A stretch of DNA of 64,000 bases from Oscillospiraceae bacterium. Its GTDB lineage: Bacteria; Bacillota; Clostridia; Monoglobales; WRAG01. Where the stretch lies: NCBI GenBank assembly GCA_009780345.1, contig WRAG01000010.1:251-64250 (forward strand), given 5' to 3'. The position numbers and the translations under genes are program-made. Shown one piece after another: positions 9,207 to 18,503 of the stretch. The notes under the pieces were generated by a model that was not told the origin of the DNA, ran no database searches, and saw only the letters and a program-made list of their open reading frames with translations. The stretch's first letter is position 1. Every line of letters begins with the position of its first letter.

Positions 9207-10577
9207 CTACATATCGTACTTCTTAGGATCCAACTTCGAGCATCGTGGAATCATTTGCTCTGCCAGTTCGCCCGCGTCTTTCGGCATATCCTGAACCGTT
9301 TCGGCAAGCATATCCAACCACATAAGCTCTTTATCGTCCAAGTTAAGCTCTTTATTGTTATACGCTTTTTGCATATATTCAAGCGCGAGCAATGCGCCTG
9401 CTTTCGAACGCTCGTAATATCCGTCGATTTTAACAAGTTCTTTAGAAATATTAAGCACAACGTCGGGACGCAACACATATGCCTGCGGATCAAGTCTGCT
9501 GTCACTATCCGCATGCAAGTCACGCATGAGAAGTGCGGCATCTTTGCCGCGAGCGGTAGCTTCGTTCATCAAACGGCAATCGTAAACAAGTTGCTCGAAC
9601 GAAACGGTGGGAGCCATTCCGCCGAGAAGTTTGATGTTCTGAATCGACTCGTTGCTCCAAATATCAGCCAGGCAGAACGCGATATTTCCAATCGGCGATA
9701 AATGCGCGCAAGCCGCGGTTCTTCCCTCCATAGAAATCGGAGTTCCTGTAATCGCTTTAACGTATGCGCCTTCGTAGCCGCAATCTTTATGCGGACCTTT
9801 CGCGCCGCATTCAATAGCGACAAGCGCGCGAATCGCGGAAACCACTCTTACGGTCGCGGAGAACACTTTCGGTATCATGTTTCGATCGGCGAGAACCATA
9901 GCGGTGTTCGCAAATCCACACGCGCTGTCGCCCGCCGGAACCACGCCGGTTTTATCGCAGATGTTTACGATTTCGCTCCAAAGTTTGTTCATATCGGTGC
10001 AGCCAAGCACAGACAGCGCGAAGATTGACTTATCAATCTCGCCGAACATAATCGCTTCGTCATGCGATTCTTTTCCGCCGACAGATTCGATGGAAATGAA
10101 GTCCGCGCCCACTTTCGCGCAACCTTCAATAACGCTAAGTACAGATTCCCATTGCTTACCCTTCCACATATGTTCAAGCCCCGGGCCTTCGCGCATATCA
10201 ACGGGCGTAAGCCTTACAGAACCTTTAATACCATGCTTCGCTTCGTATTCTTTGATCACGTCAACAACGGTTTTGCAAACCTCGACGCCCCACTCGGGAT
10301 TCACAGTCATAGGCGGCAGGGTTTCGATCTCCGCCACGAAGCCGGGAACATAAAGCTCTTTCGCGCGGTCGCATATGCCTGTAATGATTTCTTTGTAGTT
10401 GCGAATAACTTCGGGCATTGTTTCCTGCGTGATAAGCATTGGCGGCAACGTAAAGTTAACTTCCGGATAAACCGTTCCGCCGCCGATTGACATTCCGTTT
10501 TTAAGCGTAACGGGGTGTAGCGACTTTCCGTATATAAAATCGTCAAGATTTTGATATGCGGTTTTGGTAAAATTCAT
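9207..10577 (-). CDS. mtaB: Methanol:corrinoid methyltransferase (MtaB family)
   Basis: About 456 aa starting at ATG 10577, with RBS AAAGGAG 9 nt upstream. The conserved block GPHKDCGYEGAYVKAITGTPISMEGRTAACAHLS matches the MtaB core as I recall it from Methanosarcina. The ORF-track start at 10700 is an upstream extension. Confidence 0.85.
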   Translation of the reverse strand: MNFTKTAYQNLDDFIYGKSLHPVTLKNGMSIGGGTVYPEVNFTLPPMLITQETMPEVIRNYKEIITGICDRAKELYVPGFVAEIETLPPMTVNPEWGVEVCKTVVDVIKEYEAKHGIKGSVRLTPVDMREGPGLEHMWKGKQWESVLSVIEGCAKVGADFISIESVGGKESHDEAIMFGEIDKSIFALSVLGCTDMNKLWSEIVNICDKTGVVPAGDSACGFANTAMVLADRNMIPKVFSATVRVVSAIRALVAIECGAKGPHKDCGYEGAYVKAITGTPISMEGRTAACAHLSPIGNIAFCLADIWSNESIQNIKLLGGMAPTVSFEQLVYDCRLMNEATARGKDAALLMRDLHADSDSRLDPQAYVLRPDVVLNISKELVKIDGYYERSKAGALLALEYMQKAYNNKELNLDDKELMWLDMLAETVQDMPKDAGELAEQMIPRCSKLDPKKYDM

Positions 10578-10941
10578 CTTTAACATCTCCTTTTGAGACT
10601 TAGATTGCGTGAATTGCCGCAATCTATAGTCGGTAACGGCAGCCCGCGCATAGCGTGCGGCAATTACACTATGCCGTTTTGACGCGTATTTTGCGTCCAA
10701 AGTTCAGGGGCGTAACATTCTTGTGCGTCTTTACAAGAATGCAAAGCCATCTGCCTTTTCTAAAATTTATGTCTGTAACATTTTCATTTTGGTACTTATT
10801 TTACACTAATTGCATAGGGATTTATAGCAAAATTTTTTGATTTTTTGAAAAATTATGCTTTTTTCTCCAAATCAGGCTTGAAATTGCAGTAATTTAGTGA
10901 TATTCTTAATTGGGCATGCTTACAAAGCGGGAGGACTGCAT

Positions 10942-11958
10942 ATGAAAAAAATTAATTGGAAAGCGATTCAATTTGCTGTGGCTTTAACACTTTTTATCGT
11001 CGGATGGCTGTTTGACGCCGACGCTTTTAGGCATCGATTCCACGATTTCGAGTTTTTAAAGCCATATTTGCTTTTGGCAAGTTATGTTATCATAGGTTGG
11101 AAAGTTATCTTCACCGCGTTTCGCAATATGTTCAAGGGGCAATTTTTTGATATAAATTTCTTGATAACCGTTACCACATTCGGTGCTATCGCGCTTGGGA
11201 TATATAGTATGTACACAGGCGGGCATGGTCATCATTGTTGCGATTACCATCACAATCACGATTACTTGCGCCATTTTTGCGATTATTTCAAGGAAGCCGC
11301 GAAGGTTATGCTGTTTTTCTTTATAGGTATGCACTTTCAGGATTTGGCAGTGCGAAAATCGCAAAAGGCAATTGAGGAAGCGAATTGCGCACACACTAAA
11401 GACTTTAAAAAGCCTGCAACCGAAGAGTTTATCACTAAATTTTCGAAACTTTACACACCGATTGTGGTTGGCGCGGCGTTGTTGCTTGCTGTAATCCCGC
11501 CTTTGTTGTTCGGCGGACTGTGGGAAGATTGGATTTACCGCTCGCTGATATTTTTGGTGATTTCCTGTCCTTGCGCGCTTGTTATATCGGTTCCCATGAG
11601 CTATGCCGCCGGAATCGGCGCGGCGAGGAAAAACGGCATATTAATAAGTTGCGGCTGTTATTTGGACAGGCTTGCGCGCGGTAACAAAGCCGAAATCGAC
11701 GAAATGATTGACGCGGGCGACATTGTATTGACCTCAAACGAGCCGACGGCGATTGAGCGTGCCGTAAAAATCGCGAGAAAGACAAAACGTATCGTATGGC
11801 AGAATATCGTATTTATACTGGGCGTGAAAGTAGCGTTGTTAGCGTTCGGCGCGTTCGGAATCACTGGTATTTGGGAAGCCGTTATGTCGGATATCGGGAT
11901 TGCCACACTTGCGACGTTGAACGCTTTGCGAGCGGCGCGGGTATCGACGAAAATATAG
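10942..11958 (+). CDS. Membrane-domain-only derivative of a P1B-type (CadA/ZntA-like) heavy-metal ATPase
   Basis: It keeps FFDINFLITVTTFGA, VMLFFFIGMHFQDLAVRKSQKAIEEA, the CPC helix LVISCPCALVISVP, GILISCGCYLDRL, and C-terminal DIVL..ARKTKRIVWQNI..LNALRA. It has no TGES actuator domain, no DKTGT and no GDGxND. A His/Cys-rich insert GHGHHCCDYHHNHDYLRHFCDY is present. RBS GGGAGGA precedes ATG 10942. Confidence 0.75.
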   Translation: MKKINWKAIQFAVALTLFIVGWLFDADAFRHRFHDFEFLKPYLLLASYVIIGWKVIFTAFRNMFKGQFFDINFLITVTTFGAIALGIYSMYTGGHGHHCCDYHHNHDYLRHFCDYFKEAAKVMLFFFIGMHFQDLAVRKSQKAIEEANCAHTKDFKKPATEEFITKFSKLYTPIVVGAALLLAVIPPLLFGGLWEDWIYRSLIFLVISCPCALVISVPMSYAAGIGAARKNGILISCGCYLDRLARGNKAEIDEMIDAGDIVLTSNEPTAIERAVKIARKTKRIVWQNIVFILGVKVALLAFGAFGITGIWEAVMSDIGIATLATLNALRAARVSTKI

Positions 11959-11989
11959 AAAAAAGCCGCTTGAGAGAGCGGCTTTTTTA
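11957..11989. terminator. Bidirectional terminator
   Basis: aaaaaagccgct-tgagag-agcggctttttt between convergent genes. Confidence 0.8.
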
Positions 11990-11990
11990 T

Positions 11991-12470
11991 CTATCCAACG
12001 TCTTTTTCCATATCAACGTGCGGGCAACCGTGGATAACATATTCGTCACTAACAATGCTGTATCCGCATTTTTTGTAAAATCCCAACGTATGCGATTGCG
12101 CGCTTAGCAGGATTTTTCTCGCGCCGAGCGAGATTGCCTTCTCTTCCATAAGCGACATAAGCCGCGCGCCGTCGCCGGATTTTCTTCGCGAGGAGAGTAT
12201 CGCAACTCTGCCGATTCGAAAGTCGGTGGAATTTTCTTGAACAAGCCGCCCCGTTCCGATTGGAACATCGTTTTCGTACAGCACGATATTCAGCGACGAA
12301 GATTCCAACTCGTCGAACACCACTCCAACCGCGGCGAAACCTTGTTCGTCAACGAACACCGATGTTCTGATTAATTCAACGTCCGGCGTTAAGCCGAGCG
12401 ACCAAATACTTTTATATTTATTCACGCAAACAAATCCTTTCGCGCCGCGATTATTCTTCGGCGGTTTCAA
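11991..12470 (-). CDS. GNAT-family N-acetyltransferase
   Basis: Acetyl-CoA pocket pattern GRVAILSSRRKSGDGARLM and a C-terminal FYKKCGY. The start is uncertain and overlaps the upstream gene end. Confidence 0.7.
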   Translation of the reverse strand: MKPPKNNRGAKGFVCVNKYKSIWSLGLTPDVELIRTSVFVDEQGFAAVGVVFDELESSSLNIVLYENDVPIGTGRLVQENSTDFRIGRVAILSSRRKSGDGARLMSLMEEKAISLGARKILLSAQSHTLGFYKKCGYSIVSDEYVIHGCPHVDMEKDVG

Positions 12471-13686
12471 ATTTTTCCGGTTGCATAGTTTCCGCGTCGT
12501 ATTTCCGTGTCATTAACCGGCAGAGAAAGAAGTTCACAATAAGCGCAATGCCGGAGAAGAAAAACCACCAATTTATTCCGATAATTTCACTTATCGGAGC
12601 CGCAATTAAAAGCCCTAAAGGCGTCATAGACGTTACTGCCATCATAATGAGTGAGAAGACTTTCCCCATTTTGTCGGGCGCGATTGTCTCTTGAATATAC
12701 GCCATAAACGGCACTTGCATAAAAGGAACGGAACCGCCCATAAAAAAGCAAAGAACAATAAAAACCCAAAATGCGTTGTACGGCAAAGCTCCGCTGACCA
12801 AAGCAGTGATCCCCATAAGCCCGATTGCTAAAGACGCCATCAAGAATCGGCGTTTCATTCCGCCCAAAGTTCCGAGGATAAGCGAGGCTGCCACCATTCC
12901 GCCGGCGAATAGGAATTCAGACATTCCGTTATGCCACTCGGTTCCTAAAAAATGAACACGCACTAATAGCGGAAACAACGATCCTAACGGCATAAACAAA
13001 AACATCATAATCAACAAAAACGGAAATATCGACATAAGCGGCTTGTTTTCTCGCATTGCGTGAAAACCTTGTTTCATATCCGCAATTATGCTCACTTTTT
13101 CGCCGCTTTTCGGAATGTCGGGAATTTTGATGAATAACAGGCAGGTGATTGCGCAAATCATTCCAAAAATATCAATCAATACGACGCCTTCTATTGAAAA
13201 CAATCTAAAAAGTGCCGCGCCCATAACGGGTCCCAGTAATGATGAAAATGAGTTTATCATGCTGCCCCAACCGCCTGCTTTGGTAAGCATTTCCGGCGGA
13301 ACAAGCATAGGAATCGCCGCTTGCATTGCAGGCATATGGAAAGTTGTTCCGATTCCGCGCATAAATAATATGATATAAACAAACCAAATCGGCGGTGTTT
13401 CAAATAAAAGGAAAACAACCCCTAAGGTCGCGCTTAAAATTGCCACGTAAATATCCGCGATAATCATAACAGTTCGACGGTTATAGCGGTCAACCCAAAC
13501 TCCCGCAATCGGTCCTAAAAGTATGCTTGGAACGATTGCCACGATTGCCGCTATACCAAGCGAAATGGCAGATTCGGTTTGTATCGTAACCCACCAGATA
13601 ACGGCGAACTGTACGGCGCTTGCGCCGAGAAGCGTAAACGCTTGGCTTGTGATAATAGGTACAAATTGTTTTTTCCAGTTCGTCAT
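12451..13686 (-). CDS. MFS transporter (DHA3/macrolide-efflux-like)
   Basis: About 12 TM helices. The N-terminal pattern FTLLGASAVQFAVIWWV..GPIAGVWVDRYNRR is present. Probable start is MTNWKK at 13686. Confidence 0.75.
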   Translation of the reverse strand: MTNWKKQFVPIITSQAFTLLGASAVQFAVIWWVTIQTESAISLGIAAIVAIVPSILLGPIAGVWVDRYNRRTVMIIADIYVAILSATLGVVFLLFETPPIWFVYIILFMRGIGTTFHMPAMQAAIPMLVPPEMLTKAGGWGSMINSFSSLLGPVMGAALFRLFSIEGVVLIDIFGMICAITCLLFIKIPDIPKSGEKVSIIADMKQGFHAMRENKPLMSIFPFLLIMMFLFMPLGSLFPLLVRVHFLGTEWHNGMSEFLFAGGMVAASLILGTLGGMKRRFLMASLAIGLMGITALVSGALPYNAFWVFIVLCFFMGGSVPFMQVPFMAYIQETIAPDKMGKVFSLIMMAVTSMTPLGLLIAAPISEIIGINWWFFFSGIALIVNFFLCRLMTRKYDAETMQPEKFETAEE

Positions 13687-13868
13687 GATGTGAAAATCCT
13701 CTCTCTGTTTTTGCAACAATATATCATGCATACTGTGGTTGCGGCAACCTATTTTACTTTCCATTGCCGCAACTGTATCGCAACTATTGGTTGCAAGACG
13801 CCGGTAACTATTGATTGCAAACAGAGTTTAGTTTAACACAATTTCAGACAAACGTCAAGTCAAATCAA

Positions 13869-14567
13869 TCATACTTTAAATCGATATCCGGCGCCCCAAA
13901 CGGTTTCTATGTACTGAGGTTTCTTCGGAATTGCCTCGATTTTTTCGCGAAGCCGCTGTATATGAACGGTTACGGTTGATATGTCGCCGATTGCGTCGAA
14001 GCCCCATATTCTGTCGAATAGTATATCTTTACTGAATACGCGGTTCGGATTTTCGACGAAAAACAATAAAAGTTCGAACTCTTTCGCGGGCAAAATAATT
14101 TCGTTATCGTTTTTGAATACTCGGCGATCTTCTTTATCGATGGATAATTCCCGAATATCCAGTTTTTTATTCCTATTTACATCAATTCCGCTGCTTTTAA
14201 GGTTCTTATATCGGCTTAGGTGTGCTTTCACTCTTGCAACAAGCTCGTTCGGGCTGAATGGTTTGATCATATAATCGTCCGCGCCAAGACCAAGCGCCCG
14301 AACTTTGTCAAAATCCTCGGTTTTCGCCGAAAGCACGATTAGTGGTATATCCAAAGTTTTGCGAATTTCCGCGCAAATCTGAAAACCGTCTTTGCCGGGG
14401 AGCATAATGTCTACGATTACGAGGTTATACTCGCCCGAAAGTGCCGCCGCGCAGCCGAGCGTACCGTCGGTTTCTATGCGGCAGGAATAGCCGTTCATTT
14501 CAAGGAAGTCGCGTTCAAGTTCCGCGATATTCAAATCATCTTCAATTATTAGAATTTTCTCCGCCAT
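13869..14567 (-). CDS. OmpR/PhoB-family response regulator
   Basis: Receiver domain MAEKILIIEDD..VDIMLPGKDG plus a winged-helix C-terminus ending TVWGAGYRFK. The ORF-track start at 14741 is an extension into the kinase gene. Confidence 0.85.
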   Translation of the reverse strand: MAEKILIIEDDLNIAELERDFLEMNGYSCRIETDGTLGCAAALSGEYNLVIVDIMLPGKDGFQICAEIRKTLDIPLIVLSAKTEDFDKVRALGLGADDYMIKPFSPNELVARVKAHLSRYKNLKSSGIDVNRNKKLDIRELSIDKEDRRVFKNDNEIILPAKEFELLLFFVENPNRVFSKDILFDRIWGFDAIGDISTVTVHIQRLREKIEAIPKKPQYIETVWGAGYRFKV

Positions 14568-15684
14568 TGTTCTCTCCTTTTGTTGGTAAGTAGATATTAA
14601 ATTCCGTTCCGACGTTTTCCTCGCTTTTCGCCCATATTTTTCCGCCGTGCGCTTCAACAATATGCTTCGAGATTGATAGTCCCAGTCCGCTTCCCGAAAC
14701 CGCGCCGTTTCTTGATTCGTCGCCGCGGTAAAACGCTTCAAAAATGTGCTTCAAATCGTCAGAGCTTATGCCGATTCCGTTATCCGAAAACGTTGTATAG
14801 AAGCCGTTTTCGCCGATTTTGCCTGAAATACTTATCTCGCAGTCGTCCTCTTTTTTGTATTTTACCGAATTTCCGATAATGTTCGCAAACACGCGGCGCA
14901 TTTGCTCGCGGTCGAGTAAAACCAAAACCTCATCGTCAGTTATATCAACTTTAACTGTGATATTTTTCAGCTCGAATTCAAAATTAAACTCGTCGATTAC
15001 GTTTTGCAAAAATTCGGGCAGATTAACGTGCTTGAAATTAAAATGTACGCGATTGAGCCCCAGTTTTGTCTGAAGCTGTATATTATCCAGTAATTCGTTT
15101 ACAATTTTCGATTTTTCGTATATGACTTTTATATAATGCTCTCTTTTTTCAGGCGTGTCGGCGACGCCGGAGAGAATTCCCTCAACGTAGCCGTTCACCG
15201 ACGTAATCGGCGTTCGAATATCGTGCGCGATGTTGGCGAGCAGGAGGTTGCGGTTTCGCTCGTTTTCTTGCGCCGCTATAACGCTTTGCTTGAGTCGGAA
15301 TTTCATTTTATCGAACGCTTCGCAAAGTTCGTCCATTTCTTTATCGCCGGTCATGGTTATTTCGAAGTCTAAATTCCCGCTTTTTATATTATCCGCCGCG
15401 ATTTTCAGCTGTTTCAGCGGAACCAAAGTTTTGCGCGTTAAGTACAAAGTGATAGCAAGGCTTGTAAGCACAACGATTACAACGCAAATGATTCCCCATA
15501 CCAAAATATAGTTTAGTAAAATCGAGTTAAACTCGTCGCGAAGGTTTTCCGCGAACCTTACATATGCAGGATTATTTACCAAAAGCCCGAATATCATAAA
15601 AACAGTAATAACCGATATTAGAAATATCGGTATTACCAGCATTAATATATTCGATAATATAAACTTGAATCTGATACTTTTCAA
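14542..15684 (-). CDS. Sensor histidine kinase (2 TM, HAMP, HisKA, HATPase)
   Basis: H-box LLANIAHDIRTPITSV. G-box GSGLGLSISKHIVEAHGGKIW. The start is ambiguous: TTG 15684, 4 nt after the upstream stop, or ATG 15744. Confidence 0.8.
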   Translation of the reverse strand: MKSIRFKFILSNILMLVIPIFLISVITVFMIFGLLVNNPAYVRFAENLRDEFNSILLNYILVWGIICVVIVVLTSLAITLYLTRKTLVPLKQLKIAADNIKSGNLDFEITMTGDKEMDELCEAFDKMKFRLKQSVIAAQENERNRNLLLANIAHDIRTPITSVNGYVEGILSGVADTPEKREHYIKVIYEKSKIVNELLDNIQLQTKLGLNRVHFNFKHVNLPEFLQNVIDEFNFEFELKNITVKVDITDDEVLVLLDREQMRRVFANIIGNSVKYKKEDDCEISISGKIGENGFYTTFSDNGIGISSDDLKHIFEAFYRGDESRNGAVSGSGLGLSISKHIVEAHGGKIWAKSEENVGTEFNIYLPTKGENNGGENSNN

Positions 15685-15688
15685 TTGC

Positions 15689-16435
15689 CTAAAATTCCTT
15701 TCTGTTAAAAAGGTAAAGTCCGCCGACAAAAAAAGTGATTCCATATCCTAAGACCAGTGTTACGCGGCTTAGCAACGCGCCGAACGGCAACATGGTTCCT
15801 ATTAAAATTCTGTCCCATTGCATATACTGAACGAAGAAGATTCCGTTCGCCCAGCCGATAAAAAGACTTGCGTATTGCAAGGCGGCATATACCGCAATGC
15901 ACAAGAACATTGCAAGCGATGAGCCGTTTGTGATTTGGTTTATAAGCGCCGCCATAAGTATGAGGACGAACAGCGGAACCAAGTTCACCGCGAACGCCGC
16001 GATGGAAAACGCTATGTTTGGCAGGGCGCCCGACGCGTTAAACGCGAATTCGAGCAGAGAACTTGCCACCCAAAACGCGCACAAATTTATCGCGACAAGG
16101 CAGAAAACCGCAAGGGTTTTCGAAAGATAGACTTTAAACCGGCTGATAGGGCGCATTAGTGTGATTTTGATGTTGTTATTCTTAAACTCGCTGCAAAACA
16201 AGTCGGTGACAGCCATAAAAATTATAATGGGCAAAAGGATATCAATCAGCAAAGTCGAGTTCATCATTGCGACGTCAGATATTCTTACATTGGTACGAGC
16301 CAGCGACGAAATTAAAGACGTGATCAGCGGCGGAACGGCGCAAATCAACATTCCGATAATCATAAGCACTAAATATTTTTTCCGCGCGGCTAACTTGAAA
16401 AGTTCGCCTTTGAAGTTTTCGAAAATTTTGCTCAT
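15689..16435 (-). CDS. ABC-2-type transporter permease
   Basis: Six predicted TM segments. Translationally coupled (4-nt overlap) to the upstream ATPase gene. Confidence 0.65.
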   Translation of the reverse strand: MSKIFENFKGELFKLAARKKYLVLMIIGMLICAVPPLITSLISSLARTNVRISDVAMMNSTLLIDILLPIIIFMAVTDLFCSEFKNNNIKITLMRPISRFKVYLSKTLAVFCLVAINLCAFWVASSLLEFAFNASGALPNIAFSIAAFAVNLVPLFVLILMAALINQITNGSSLAMFLCIAVYAALQYASLFIGWANGIFFVQYMQWDRILIGTMLPFGALLSRVTLVLGYGITFFVGGLYLFNRKEF

Positions 16436-17166
16436 AGCACCACCGCCCCCTTACGCTCTTTCACTTGATTTAGGAAATAATCTTCCAAGGTTGGATTAAA
16501 TTCAAGCGCGGATTCGATTGAATCAACCGAAACAAGCTCGCCGTCGTAGATAACCGCGATTTTGTTGCACATTTTTTCAAGCTCGCTTGAAATATGGCTT
16601 GAAATTAGGAATGTAACGCCCTTTTCTTTTGAAAGACGCACGATAAGTTCGCGCATTTCCACGATTCCCTCGATATCCAAGCCGTTCGCGGGTTCGTCAA
16701 GGATGATAAACTCGGGCTCGGACAAAAGCGCCATGGCGATTCCAAGCCGCTGCTTCATGCCAAGCGAAAACTTGCCGGCTTTATCGTTTTTGTATTTATC
16801 CAATCGAACGATTGACAAAGCTTTGTCAATTCGCTCGTTATCCACATTATTGTATAGACGCGCGGCAAGTTTAAGGTTATTATACGCCGATAAATAGTCG
16901 TAGATGGAGGGCATCTCAATGAGACACCCTACATCCGCCATCGCTTTTTCAAACTCCGCCCGATTGTCGTAACCGAACACTTCAATCGCGCCCGAATCAA
17001 CACCACATAAGCCAACTATCGCTTTCATGGTGGTTGTTTTCCCGCTTCCGTTCGGCCCCAGGATACCGAAAATGTCGCCCTTTTCGATTGAAAAGGTAAT
17101 ATTTTCGACGCCTCGCCCGTTTTTATATTTCTTCGTTAGGTTTTTAATCTCCAACACTTTCGTCAT
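16432..17166 (-). CDS. ABC transporter ATP-binding protein
   Basis: Walker A GPNGSGKTT, signature FSLGMKQR, Walker B FIILDEP. Confidence 0.85.
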   Translation of the reverse strand: MTKVLEIKNLTKKYKNGRGVENITFSIEKGDIFGILGPNGSGKTTTMKAIVGLCGVDSGAIEVFGYDNRAEFEKAMADVGCLIEMPSIYDYLSAYNNLKLAARLYNNVDNERIDKALSIVRLDKYKNDKAGKFSLGMKQRLGIAMALLSEPEFIILDEPANGLDIEGIVEMRELIVRLSKEKGVTFLISSHISSELEKMCNKIAVIYDGELVSVDSIESALEFNPTLEDYFLNQVKERKGAVVL

Positions 17167-18337
17167 AATCAACAACCTCTTCTTCATGAACATTTGTTAT
17201 AATTCGAGCATCTTCTTCACTCAAAACTTCCTCCGCAACTACTGTCGTTGTTGATGTTTCATGGTTGCGCCTGCCTTGTCTTTCAAGTCGTGTCGGAGTC
17301 GTATACTCAATTCTGAATGATTCAGCAAGATCTCGCTCAAACTCTCGTATAAGTTCGTCAAGTTCTTCTTCACTTAAGTCTAAACTCCGCAAAAACTCTA
17401 CATGATTATCTCTATGAGCTTGCATATGTTCTGTCATATTATTTTCCATTCTTTCCATTTCGTCGGGGATTGCGTCCACGTCAAAACGTTCGATTACAGT
17501 CGTTCCGAAATCCCAAAGCGTCGCGTCAAATGAAAATTCAACGGTATTACGTTCGCCGTTTCGTCCGCCGACCAATGCAGTATTCAAACTCACCGCTCTA
17601 AGGTTTCCGTCTCGGTCAACGCTTGTAGAGATTTTCACAAAATCGATAACCGGGTCGTCGCCAAGCATGTAAATCGGGTCTCCCATAGCGTCGTTTGGGT
17701 TCGCGTAAGACATATGTCCGTTCATTGAGAACAAAAGAGAGATTCCGCTTTGAACAATTCCCGGAACTTGACGGCGGCTTAGGTTCATTTCATAAGTTCT
17801 GATTCCGTCCTCGTCCGATACCATAACTATGTTGCTTTTCAATCCGCCCATTACCATATCAGCGGCAACTTCAGCAAAATTTATCGTGCGGTTGGCGATT
17901 CTCATTGAGTGTTCGTCAGTGCTGATTCCCATCCAGTTAGAATCGTTTCTTCCGCGGTGTTGCCATACGTCATGGTCTACTCTTCCGGTTTGAGTGTTTT
18001 CACGCGACCAAATTTGTACGCCGTCTTGAATGTGAGTGGTCGAAGATGATGACCAATCTCTTAGATAGTTTACGCTCGTGTTTATCTGTTTTTGCGAAAC
18101 GTCGCTTCCCATGTCATATTGCGCGAACACACCTTCACGATTAACCGTTTGACCATTAATGCTGAACGACATTTCCATTTCAATCGTAAAGTTGTCCGCG
18201 AATATAAGGCTTCTTATCGCTTCCTTGGTTTCGCTGTACCCATTCGCGCTTCCGAGATTGGCGAAAACCGATCCGGTAAGCAATGTGATTCCGGCAATTA
18301 AGCTTATTGCCATCAAATGTTTTCTTGCAAATTTCAT
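17144..18337 (-). CDS. Secreted protein of unknown function with an acidic C-terminal tail; first gene of the ABC/two-component operon
   Basis: Signal peptide MKFARKHLMAISLIAGITLLTGSVFA. I recognise no motif. Confidence 0.6.
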   Translation of the reverse strand: MKFARKHLMAISLIAGITLLTGSVFANLGSANGYSETKEAIRSLIFADNFTIEMEMSFSINGQTVNREGVFAQYDMGSDVSQKQINTSVNYLRDWSSSSTTHIQDGVQIWSRENTQTGRVDHDVWQHRGRNDSNWMGISTDEHSMRIANRTINFAEVAADMVMGGLKSNIVMVSDEDGIRTYEMNLSRRQVPGIVQSGISLLFSMNGHMSYANPNDAMGDPIYMLGDDPVIDFVKISTSVDRDGNLRAVSLNTALVGGRNGERNTVEFSFDATLWDFGTTVIERFDVDAIPDEMERMENNMTEHMQAHRDNHVEFLRSLDLSEEELDELIREFERDLAESFRIEYTTPTRLERQGRRNHETSTTTVVAEEVLSEEDARIITNVHEEEVVDYDESVGD

Positions 18338-18455
18338 TTTTTATATCCTCCTTTTGAGATATGTGTGAACGTCCTCACAAACTTAGTATAAAACGCCGAT
18401 ATAAACATTGTATATCATAATTATAAATAAAAAATAAACGAAATCTAAATATTTT

Positions 18456-18490
18456 AGAAATACCGCAAGTTGCACACTTGCGGTATTTTT
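18456..18490 (-). terminator. Terminator after the 18504..19232 gene
   Basis: aaataccgcaagt-tgcac-acttgcggtattt. The same stem sequence (AAATACCGCAAG) recurs at 61499..61531. Confidence 0.7.
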
Positions 18491-18503
18491 GTAGGTATGT
18501 AAT

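Noticed and set aside
9207-10700. The ORF-track N-terminal extensions of mtaB (to 10700) and of the response regulator (13869..14741).
   Set aside because: The extensions are Arg-rich or overlap the upstream gene and have no RBS. Internal ATGs preceded by good RBSs give products of canonical length and canonical N-termini (MNFTKTAY.., MAEKILIIEDD..).
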